Shown: positions 33,345 to 40,564 of the stretch, one piece after another
Position numbering within the stretch: position 1 is the first letter of the stretch
How the letters are laid out: each line of letters starts with the position of its first letter
Origin: SAR324 cluster bacterium
GTDB taxonomy: Bacteria; SAR324; JACQKK01
NCBI GenBank assembly: GCA_027297205.1
Contig: JAPUIH010000383.1
Location: forward strand, 1 to 40,564
Length of the DNA: 40,564 nt
Direction of reading: 5' to 3'
Notes under the pieces: generated by a model
The model's input: the letters and a program-made list of their open reading frames with translations, nothing else
The model's database searches: none
Told to the model about the DNA's origin: nothing
Position numbers and translations under genes: made by a program

Positions 33345-34955
33345 ATGCCGACCTTCTACCTGGACAATGAACCAATCGAATTCGAGCCGGGCGAAAACGT
33401 GCTCGCGGCGGCCCTGCGCCACCACCGGGAGATTCCCCATTACTGCTATCATCCCGGATTGCAGGTGACGGCCCAATGCCGCATGTGCCTGGTGGATGTG
33501 GTGGACATGGGCAACGGGCGGGGCATGCCCAAGCTGCAGACCTCCTGCTCCACGGCCGCCGCGGAAGGCATGAAGGTGGACTCGCAATCGGAAAAAGTGA
33601 AGCACGGCCAGATCCTGGTCAATGAATTTCTGCTGATTAACCATCCCCTGGACTGCCCCATCTGCGACCAGGCCGGAGAGTGCGATCTGCAGGATTTCTC
33701 CTTCAAGTACGGCAGTGGCCAGTCCGAGATGGAATACGAGAAGCGGGTCTATGGCTTGCGCGACGTGGGCACATTCATCGTGCTGGAGCGCAACCGCTGT
33801 ATCCACTGCTCGCGCTGTGAGCGCTTTACCCGCGACGTGACGGGCACCCACGATTTCGGTATGTTCCTGCGCACCCATGAATTGACCTTCGACACCTTCG
33901 AGGATCATCAGATCACCGACAAATTCCAGGGCAACCTGGCGGACATTTGCCCAGTGGGCTGCATCATGAACCGGGACTGGCGGTTCAAAAAGCGGGCATG
34001 GAAGTTGAACAAGACCGAGTCCATATGCCCCTCCTGCTCCACCGGATGCAACATCACCGTGGAGCACCATAAAAATCGTGTGTTCCGGCTGAAGCCACGG
34101 GAAAACCAGGAGGTCAACCGCTGGTGGATGTGCGACGAGGGGCGGATTGGCTTCAAGCAACTCAATGACCGCGTGACGCGTCTTGCCGAGCCCCAGGCCA
34201 GGGTGAAGGGCCAGTTGCGCTCGGTGGTCTGGGAGACCGCCTATGAGGCGATCGTTACCCGCCTGAAGGAAATCGGTGCCACTGGGGCTCAGGCGTTCGG
34301 CATTATTGATACCCACGCCACCAACGAGGAAATGCACCTCTTCAAGAAGCTGATGCAGGAAGGTCTGGGGGCCGAGACGGTCTATTTCCCGCTCAGAAGG
34401 GGAGAACAACAGGTGCAGCCGCCGCGCGAGGACATGGACCCTTTCATTTATACGCTCATCCAGACCGACAAGAGCCCGAACACCCGCGGAGCTCTGGCGC
34501 AGGGATTGACGGGAGACGAGGACGACAAGCGCCTGCTGGCCGCCTTGCAAGCAGAGCCCAAAGTGGCTGTAATCTGTGGTGCGCCCCTGGAGGACAACGC
34601 CGCGGTGTGCAAGGCGGCGGCCAAGGCGGAACTGGTCATTCAGCTGGGAACATTCCGGGGACCATGGACGGAGGTGGCCGATGTGGTGCTGCCCGGCTAT
34701 ACCTACGCCGAGAAGCAGGGAAGCTTCACCAACAAGGCCGACCGGGTGCAGCGTATTAACGCGGGCATCCGCCCTGCTGAAGGCGCACGGGATCAGGTGA
34801 GAATTCTACAAGAGTTATTGGCGGCCCTGGGCAAGCCCCAGAAAACCGTCGACGCCCCCGACGTGTTCGACGCCATGGCCAGCGAACAGGGTGCGTTCAA
34901 AGGCATGTCCTGGGACAAACTGGGCAGCCTCGGCGGGGTATTGCCCGGCAAATAG
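33345..34955 (+). CDS. nuoG: NADH-quinone oxidoreductase subunit G, short form (536 aa)
   Basis: N-terminal 2Fe-2S and 4Fe-4S motifs: CRMC...C, HPLDCPICDQAGECDLQD, RCIHCSRCERF, CPVGC and CPSCSTGC. The C-terminal molybdopterin-like part is much shorter than in E. coli NuoG. Confidence 0.88.
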   Translation: MPTFYLDNEPIEFEPGENVLAAALRHHREIPHYCYHPGLQVTAQCRMCLVDVVDMGNGRGMPKLQTSCSTAAAEGMKVDSQSEKVKHGQILVNEFLLINHPLDCPICDQAGECDLQDFSFKYGSGQSEMEYEKRVYGLRDVGTFIVLERNRCIHCSRCERFTRDVTGTHDFGMFLRTHELTFDTFEDHQITDKFQGNLADICPVGCIMNRDWRFKKRAWKLNKTESICPSCSTGCNITVEHHKNRVFRLKPRENQEVNRWWMCDEGRIGFKQLNDRVTRLAEPQARVKGQLRSVVWETAYEAIVTRLKEIGATGAQAFGIIDTHATNEEMHLFKKLMQEGLGAETVYFPLRRGEQQVQPPREDMDPFIYTLIQTDKSPNTRGALAQGLTGDEDDKRLLAALQAEPKVAVICGAPLEDNAAVCKAAAKAELVIQLGTFRGPWTEVADVVLPGYTYAEKQGSFTNKADRVQRINAGIRPAEGARDQVRILQELLAALGKPQKTVDAPDVFDAMASEQGAFKGMSWDKLGSLGGVLPGK

Positions 34956-35011
34956 GTGCAAAAGTCTGATGCAAACCGTTTCCGGCGGGGCCGGGAACCT
35001 GGAGCAAGCTG

Positions 35012-35551
35012 ATGCTGATCGCATTTTACATCGTTGCGGCTTTGGCCGTGGCCAGCGCATTCAATATATTGATTCTGCGCTCTCCGGTGTATTGCGCCCT
35101 TTCCCTGGTGGGTTGCTTCTTCTTACTGGGCATCATCTTTATCCTGCTCAACAACGAGTTCGTGGCCGTGGTGCAGGTATTGATATATGCCGGCGCCATC
35201 ATGGTGCTGTTCTTATTCGTAATCATGTTGCTCAATCTGCGCCCGGACAGCTCGCCCCGCAGCCTCAAATTCGGCATCGCCAAGATTTTGGGTATTGGCC
35301 TGACCGTGGGTATTTTGGCCCAGTTGATCGGTGTGTTCGGCAGCTCCGCGGCCAAGCTGGGGCCGATGGGTGAATATTCCGCCCAGCGGGTGACCGAGGA
35401 GGGATCCCTGGAAATTGTGGCGGAACTGATGCTGACCGAATACGTGCTGCCCTTCGAAATAATTTCCATCCTGTTGATGGTTTCCATCATGGGCGCGGTG
35501 GTGCTGGCCAAAAAGCGGCCGCCACCGGAAGAAGAGGAATCCCAGCCGTGA
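35012..35551 (+). CDS. nuoJ: NADH-quinone oxidoreductase subunit J
   Basis: Hydrophobic protein of 179 aa containing VQVLIYAGAIMVLFLFVIMLL, located directly upstream of nuoK. Confidence 0.88.
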   Translation: MLIAFYIVAALAVASAFNILILRSPVYCALSLVGCFFLLGIIFILLNNEFVAVVQVLIYAGAIMVLFLFVIMLLNLRPDSSPRSLKFGIAKILGIGLTVGILAQLIGVFGSSAAKLGPMGEYSAQRVTEEGSLEIVAELMLTEYVLPFEIISILLMVSIMGAVVLAKKRPPPEEEESQP

Positions 35552-35850
35552 TACCGGTCAGCCACATCCTGGGCCTGAGCGCTATTTTGTTCGCCATCGG
35601 CGTGGGCGGGGTGATGATCCGCCGCAATGCCATTGTGGTGTTCATGTGCGTGGAGTTGATGCTGAATGCCGTTAATGTGGCCTTTGTGGGCTTTGCCTAT
35701 GGCATGCAGTCCATGGTGGGCGTGATGTTTGTGTTCTTCGTGTTGGTCGTGGCGGCGGCGGAAGCCGTGGTGGGCCTGGCCATCATGCTGGCGATTTTCC
35801 GCAGCAGGGAATCCCTCGATTTGGAGGAGTTCAACCTGTTGCGTTGGTAG
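35548..35850 (+). CDS. nuoK: NADH-quinone oxidoreductase subunit K
   Basis: 100 aa containing MCVELMLNAVN and AAAEAVVGLAI. The GTG start overlaps the nuoJ stop (GTGA). Confidence 0.9.
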   Translation: MIPVSHILGLSAILFAIGVGGVMIRRNAIVVFMCVELMLNAVNVAFVGFAYGMQSMVGVMFVFFVLVVAAAEAVVGLAIMLAIFRSRESLDLEEFNLLRW

Positions 35851-35900
35851 ACCCCCTGTCCTTACACCGTACCGTGGGCGAACCGAATATTTGAGATGAG

Positions 35901-37826
35901 ATGTCCGCATATCTTTGGCTGATACCCGCGCTACCGCTGGCTGGATTCCTCGTGAACGGTCTGCTGGGCAGGTCTTTCGGGAAAACTTTTGTCGCCGTGG
36001 TTGGTCCGGGCGTAGTGGGCTTGTCGTTCCTCTTATCCGTGCTGGCCTTCCTGCAAATGCTCAACACGCCGGGCATGGTCACATCCCAGTCTGTTTTTAC
36101 CTGGATCGATTCCGGGTCTTTGCATATTCCCGTGGCCTTTACGGTTGACAGGCTCTCGGGGCTGTACATCCTGATCGTCACGGGCGTGGGCTTCCTGATC
36201 CATGTCTACTCCGTGGGCTACATGGGGGACGAGGAAGAATACGGTTTCTGGCGCTTCTTTTGTTTCCTGAATTTGTTCATCTTCTTCATGCTGCTGTTGG
36301 TGCTGGCCAACTGCTTTCTATTGATGTTCGTGGGCTGGGCGGGGGTGGGACTGTGCTCCTACCTGTTGATCGGCTATTACTTCAAGCGTCCCGCGGCGGC
36401 CAGCGCGGCCAAGAAGGCATTCGTGGTCAACCGCATCGGCGACTTTGGGTTCATTATCGCCACCCTGATTATTTTCACCGTTTTCGGCACCCTGGATTTC
36501 GCCACGGTGCTCGCCGAAGCTCCATACAGGCTGGAAGCGGGCGGGGCACTGGTGACCGCCATCACCCTGCTGCTGTTCCTGGGGGCGACGGGCAAGAGTG
36601 CGCAGATTCCCTTGTACACTTGGCTGCCCGACGCCATGGAAGGCCCCACCCCAGTCTCGGCGCTCATTCACGCGGCGACCATGGTCACCGCGGGGCTGTA
36701 CATGGTCGCGCGGCTGAGCGGGCTGTTCATGCTGGCCCCCTACACCATGGCGGTGGTGGCGGTGATCGGCGCGGCCACGGCGCTGTTCGCGGCAACCATC
36801 GGCCTGGCGCAGAACGACATCAAGCGCGTACTGGCCTACTCCACCGTCAGTCAGCTCGGCTACATGTTCATGGCCATGGGCGTGGGCGCCTTCGCGGCGG
36901 GCATCTTTCACGTAATGACCCATGCTTTCTTCAAGGCCCTGCTCTTCCTTTGCTCCGGCTCGGTGATCCATGCCCTGCATCATGAGCAGGACATGAACCA
37001 CATGGGGGGGCTGCGCAAAAAGATGCCCATCACCACCTGGACCTTCGTGATCGGGGCCCTGGCCATCGCGGGCTTACCCCTGTTCGCGGGCTTCTTCAGC
37101 AAAGACGAGATTCTGTGGCAGGCCTTCGCCTCGCCCCGGGGTCATGTGGCCTATTGGGTGATCGGTGCGGTGACGGCCCTGATCACGGCATTTTACATGT
37201 TCCGCATGGTGGCGCTGACCTTCTTCGGTGCAAGCCGGGTCGATCCCCATCATGCGCCCCACGTGCATGAGTCGCCCTGGAGCATGACCCTGCCCCTGAT
37301 CGTGCTGGCGGGACTGGCCATCGTGGGTGGCTGGATCGGCATTCCCCATGTGCTGGGTGGGGACAATCTCCCCAATGTGCTGGAGCACTACTTCGACGGA
37401 TTTTTTCCCGCCATTCCCGAGACCGCCGTCCATTACGAGGCGTCGGTGGAACTGATGCTGATGGGCGTAACCACGGTGCTGGCCCTGTTTTTCATGTGGC
37501 TGGCATTCCGGCTGTTCTCCAGCAAGCGAGAGCAGATGGCGGCATTCCGGGAAAAGATGGGCGGGGTACACTCCCTGCTCGCCAACAAGTATTACATCGA
37601 CGAGCTCTATGACCTGATTGTGGTGCGGCCTATTCACTTCATCTCGGACAAGCTGCTGTGGCGCATCGTAGATGTGCGCATCGTGGATGGCATCGTCAAC
37701 GGCATCGGCAATACGGCCCGCAATCTGGGGGGCACCCTGCGCCTTACCCAGACCGGGCTGATCGAGAATTACGCGGTGGGCATTGCCTTGGGCGCGGTGA
37801 TCATATTCTGGTTTTTGATTTTTTAA
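35901..37826 (+). CDS. nuoL: NADH-quinone oxidoreductase subunit L
   Basis: 641-aa antiporter-like subunit with GWAGVGLCSYLLIGYYF, NRIGDFGF, KSAQIPLYTWLPDAMEGPTPVSALIHAATMV and HAFFKALLFL. Confidence 0.95.
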   Translation: MSAYLWLIPALPLAGFLVNGLLGRSFGKTFVAVVGPGVVGLSFLLSVLAFLQMLNTPGMVTSQSVFTWIDSGSLHIPVAFTVDRLSGLYILIVTGVGFLIHVYSVGYMGDEEEYGFWRFFCFLNLFIFFMLLLVLANCFLLMFVGWAGVGLCSYLLIGYYFKRPAAASAAKKAFVVNRIGDFGFIIATLIIFTVFGTLDFATVLAEAPYRLEAGGALVTAITLLLFLGATGKSAQIPLYTWLPDAMEGPTPVSALIHAATMVTAGLYMVARLSGLFMLAPYTMAVVAVIGAATALFAATIGLAQNDIKRVLAYSTVSQLGYMFMAMGVGAFAAGIFHVMTHAFFKALLFLCSGSVIHALHHEQDMNHMGGLRKKMPITTWTFVIGALAIAGLPLFAGFFSKDEILWQAFASPRGHVAYWVIGAVTALITAFYMFRMVALTFFGASRVDPHHAPHVHESPWSMTLPLIVLAGLAIVGGWIGIPHVLGGDNLPNVLEHYFDGFFPAIPETAVHYEASVELMLMGVTTVLALFFMWLAFRLFSSKREQMAAFREKMGGVHSLLANKYYIDELYDLIVVRPIHFISDKLLWRIVDVRIVDGIVNGIGNTARNLGGTLRLTQTGLIENYAVGIALGAVIIFWFLIF

Positions 37827-37904
37827 AAGTGGCCCCGGCGGCGTTGCCGGGCTGGCGCGGCTGAAAGCGTAATTGCCCGGCGCCGCGCATGCAACAAGCA
37901 ACCT

Positions 37905-39482
37905 ATGACCATACTCGGCATACCCATCCTGACCCTGATTGTTTTCGCCCCCCTGGCGGGGGTGGCGCTGCTGCTGTTCGTGGACCGCTCCGCGGAATCC
38001 CTGGCCAAGTGGATCACCCTGCTGGTGAGCGGCATCACCTTCCTGTTCTCATTGCCGTTGTACTGGTTATTCGACGAGACACAGGCGGGCTTCCAGTTTG
38101 TGGAAAAGGTGCCCTGGATCAATACCTGGGGGGTGGAATACCACCTGGGCCTGGACGGCATCACCCTGTTTCTGGTGATGCTGACGACCCTGCTCACCTT
38201 TGTCGCCGTGCTGGGCACTTGGACCCAGGCCGACCGCCACGTGCGGGAGTTCATGATCACCATGCTGCTGCTGGAAGTGGGGATGAACGGCGTGTTCGTG
38301 GCCTTGGACGTGTTCCTGTTTTATGTGTTTTGGGAAGTGATGCTCTTCCCCATGTACTTCCTGATTGGGGTCTGGGGCAGCGATCGGCGCCTGTACGCAG
38401 CCATCAAGTTCGTGGTTTACACCATGACCGCCTCGGTGTTGATGCTGGCGGCGATCCTCACCATGTACTTCCTCAATTACAAAGCCACCGGGGAATTCAC
38501 CTTCTCCCTGCTGTCCTGGTACGAGCTGGACGTGGGCCTGCCGGTGCAATACTGGCTCTTCGCCGCTTTCGCCCTGGCCTTCGCGGTGAAAGTGCCCATG
38601 TTCCCCTTTCACACCTGGCTGCCGGACGCCCACGTCGAGGCCCCCACCGCCGGCTCGGTGCTCCTGGCGGGGGTGCTTCTGAAGATGGGTACTTACGGAT
38701 TCATCCGCTTCGCCATGCCGCTTTTTCCGGAAGCCACCGACGCCGCCCTGCCCCTGCTGATCACGATCTCGGTGATCGGCATTATTTACGGGGCGCTGGT
38801 GTGCATGGTGCAGCCCGACATGAAGAAGCTGGTGGCCTACTCCTCCGTGTCCCACCTGGGATTCGTGATGCTGGGGCTGTTCGCCCTCAATGCGGAAGGG
38901 GTGGAGGGGGGTGTGCTGCAGATGCTCAATCACGGCGTGAGCACTGGCGGGCTGTTTCTCGTGGTGGGCATGATTTACGAGCGCCGCCACACCAAGACCA
39001 TCGCCGAGTTCGGCGGGCTGATGAAAGTAATGCCCATCTACGCCACCCTGATGCTGATCATCGTGTTGTCCTCCCTGGGATTGCCCAGCCTGAACGGCTT
39101 CGTGGGCGAATACCTGATCCTGGTCGGGATTTACCAGGTCAGTCCCCTGGCGGCCATCATATCCGCCTCCGCGGTCATTCTGGCGGCGGTCTACCTGCTG
39201 TGGATGTTCCAGCGGGTGTTTTTCGGCGAAGTGGACAATCCGAAAAACCTGGGTCTCAAGGACCTGTCCTTGCGCGAGATCGCCGTGCTGGCGCCGCTGA
39301 TCATTCTGATCGTGTGGGTGGGGGTTTATCCCAAACCCTTCCTGGACAAGATAGGGCCTTCCGCGCAGAAATTTATTCAGATGGTGCAGGTTCCGGCCTC
39401 CTCACGCACCCAGGTGGTTCTTGCGCCCAGGTCCGGCAGGGCCGCGCCGCAAGTGCCGCATAGCCAGCCGGAACGCCGATGA
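37905..39482 (+). CDS. nuoM: NADH-quinone oxidoreductase subunit M
   Basis: FYVFWEVMLFPMYFLIG, KVPMFPFHTWLPDAHVEAPTAGSVLLAGVLLKMG and VAYSSVSHLGF. Confidence 0.95.
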   Translation: MTILGIPILTLIVFAPLAGVALLLFVDRSAESLAKWITLLVSGITFLFSLPLYWLFDETQAGFQFVEKVPWINTWGVEYHLGLDGITLFLVMLTTLLTFVAVLGTWTQADRHVREFMITMLLLEVGMNGVFVALDVFLFYVFWEVMLFPMYFLIGVWGSDRRLYAAIKFVVYTMTASVLMLAAILTMYFLNYKATGEFTFSLLSWYELDVGLPVQYWLFAAFALAFAVKVPMFPFHTWLPDAHVEAPTAGSVLLAGVLLKMGTYGFIRFAMPLFPEATDAALPLLITISVIGIIYGALVCMVQPDMKKLVAYSSVSHLGFVMLGLFALNAEGVEGGVLQMLNHGVSTGGLFLVVGMIYERRHTKTIAEFGGLMKVMPIYATLMLIIVLSSLGLPSLNGFVGEYLILVGIYQVSPLAAIISASAVILAAVYLLWMFQRVFFGEVDNPKNLGLKDLSLREIAVLAPLIILIVWVGVYPKPFLDKIGPSAQKFIQMVQVPASSRTQVVLAPRSGRAAPQVPHSQPERR

Positions 39483-40564
39483 CCAACCCCTTTACCACTA
39501 TTGATTTTCTCGCGGTGCTGCCCGAGACCATCATCGCCGTGATGGGCATGGTGGTGATCGTGATTGAGTTGTTCGGCACCGGGCGGGACACGCGCAACCT
39601 GGCCTACTTGAGCCTGCTTTCCCTGATCGTGGCCGGATACGTCGACGTGCTGCTGCTGGGCCGCAATCTGGAGGGGTTCTGGGGCACGGTAAGCGCCGAC
39701 GACTATTCCATTGCCTTCGAACTGATATTCCTGACCGTCTCCGGCCTGACCGTGCTGATCTCCATCCGCTATCTGGAAGACAGGCTGCTGCGTCATGGGG
39801 AGTATTACGCCCTGCTGCTGTTTGCCACTGTAGGCATGATGCTGCTGGCCTCCGGGCTGGACCTGCTGCTGATCTTTATCGGGCTGGAAATCCTGTCCAT
39901 ATCCAGCTACATCCTCTGCGGCATGATCCAGGCCGACCCCCGCTCCAACGAGGCCGCGCTCAAGTATTTCCTGCTGGGCGCATTTGCCACCGGGTTCCTG
40001 CTTTACGGCATCGCCATGCTCTATGGCGCCACGGGTTCCATTGAACTGCGTGAGATCAACGCGGAACTGGCCAAGGAGGACACCTTCAAGAATCCCTACA
40101 TCTGGATCGGCCTGGGCTTCATTCTGGTGGGATTCGGATTCAAGATCGCCCTGGTGCCCTTCCATATGTGGACCCCGGACGTGTATGAGGGCGCCCCCAC
40201 CGCCGTCACGGCCTTTCTGTCCACCGGGCCCAAGGCCGCCGGCTTCGCCGCGCTGATCCGCATCCTCTTCGAGGGGCTGGGCGCCACCCAGGCGGAATGG
40301 AGCCAGGTGCTGTGGGTGCTGGCCGCGCTGACCATGACCGTGGGCAATGTGGTCGCCCTGCAGCAGGACAATATCAAACGGATGCTCGCCTACTCCTCCA
40401 TCGCCCATGCGGGATATATCCTGGTGGCGGTGGTGGCCGGGGGACCGGAGGGACTGGCCGCGGTTTTGTTTTACACTTTCGCCTACACGTTGATGAATTT
40501 TGGGGCTTTTGCGATCCTGATCCTGGCCTCGAGCAAGGATCGTGAGCGGGTCACCTTCAGCGAC
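39479..40564 (+). CDS. nuoN: NADH-quinone oxidoreductase subunit N, 3' end lies outside the window
   Basis: My own translation from the ATG at 39479, which overlaps the nuoM stop (ATGA), gives MTNPFTTIDFLAVLPE...LIFIGLEILSISSYILCG...EAALKYFLLGAFATGFLLYG...FKIALVPFHMWTPDVYEGAPT...MLAYSSIAHAGY. The frame stays open to the window end. Confidence 0.9.
   Translation, partial: MTNPFTTIDFLAVLPETIIAVMGMVVIVIELFGTGRDTRNLAYLSLLSLIVAGYVDVLLLGRNLEGFWGTVSADDYSIAFELIFLTVSGLTVLISIRYLEDRLLRHGEYYALLLFATVGMMLLASGLDLLLIFIGLEILSISSYILCGMIQADPRSNEAALKYFLLGAFATGFLLYGIAMLYGATGSIELREINAELAKEDTFKNPYIWIGLGFILVGFGFKIALVPFHMWTPDVYEGAPTAVTAFLSTGPKAAGFAALIRILFEGLGATQAEWSQVLWVLAALTMTVGNVVALQQDNIKRMLAYSSIAHAGYILVAVVAGGPEGLAAVLFYTFAYTLMNFGAFAILILASSKDRERVTFSD

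Noticed and set aside
32077-34550. Long minus-strand ORFs (432 aa and 520 aa) opposite nuoF and nuoG.
   Set aside because: These are shadow ORFs antisense to strongly conserved complex I subunits. Their composition is dominated by G, A, R, H and L, with no recognisable domains.
35026-40408. A series of long ORFs overlapping nuoJ-N in other frames or on the other strand: 35026..35910 (-), 36260..36985 (+), 36318..37001 (-), 37074..37901 (-), 37889..39463 (+), 38067..38990 (-) and 39377..40408 (-).
   Set aside because: The nuoJ, K, L, M and N frames give textbook membrane-subunit sequences. The alternative frames give His/Gly/Arg/Pro-rich nonsense typical of GC-rich off-frame translation.

Overview
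High-GC (about 60%) bacterial chromosomal segment with roughly 37 protein-coding genes and no rRNA, tRNA, CRISPR array or mobile element that I could find. All calls come from reading the supplied translations and the DNA by eye; no searches or folding programs were run. Most genes are housekeeping. In order: proA (5' end outside the window); a 1334-aa orphan coiled-coil protein whose stop overlaps the start of a GT4 glycosyltransferase, followed by an exported vWA protein; a minus-strand block of CPBP protease, an aminotransferase fused to a Mur-ligase-like domain, and a TlpA/DipZ-like redoxin; then map (with SEC-C motif), a thiO-like FAD oxidase, a VOC protein, argD, a TerB-like protein, a rhodanese, pepA, a GNAT, a D-aminoacylase, a tandem CDP-alcohol phosphatidyltransferase, methylmalonyl-CoA epimerase, an Smr protein, nadC, nadA preceded by a small ribbon-helix-helix ORF, tkt-rpe, and a nuoEFG-JKLMN cluster (nuoN 3' end outside the window). 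The strongest signal is two genes interrupted by a single in-frame TGA exactly at the catalytic cysteine. One replaces the first Cys of the CxxC motif in the redoxin (TGA at 7768-7770, minus). The other replaces the active-site Cys of the rhodanese (TGA at 18188-18190, minus). In both, clearly homologous sequence continues in frame and a hairpin lies just downstream, so both are candidate selenoproteins that ORF callers would truncate. Secondary observations are the orphan giant protein module, two unusual domain fusions, a possible RHH regulator with a perfect palindrome upstream of nadA-nadC, a roughly 106-nt nested hairpin that sequesters a Shine-Dalgarno sequence, and a nuo cluster lacking nuoH/I and nuoA-D.
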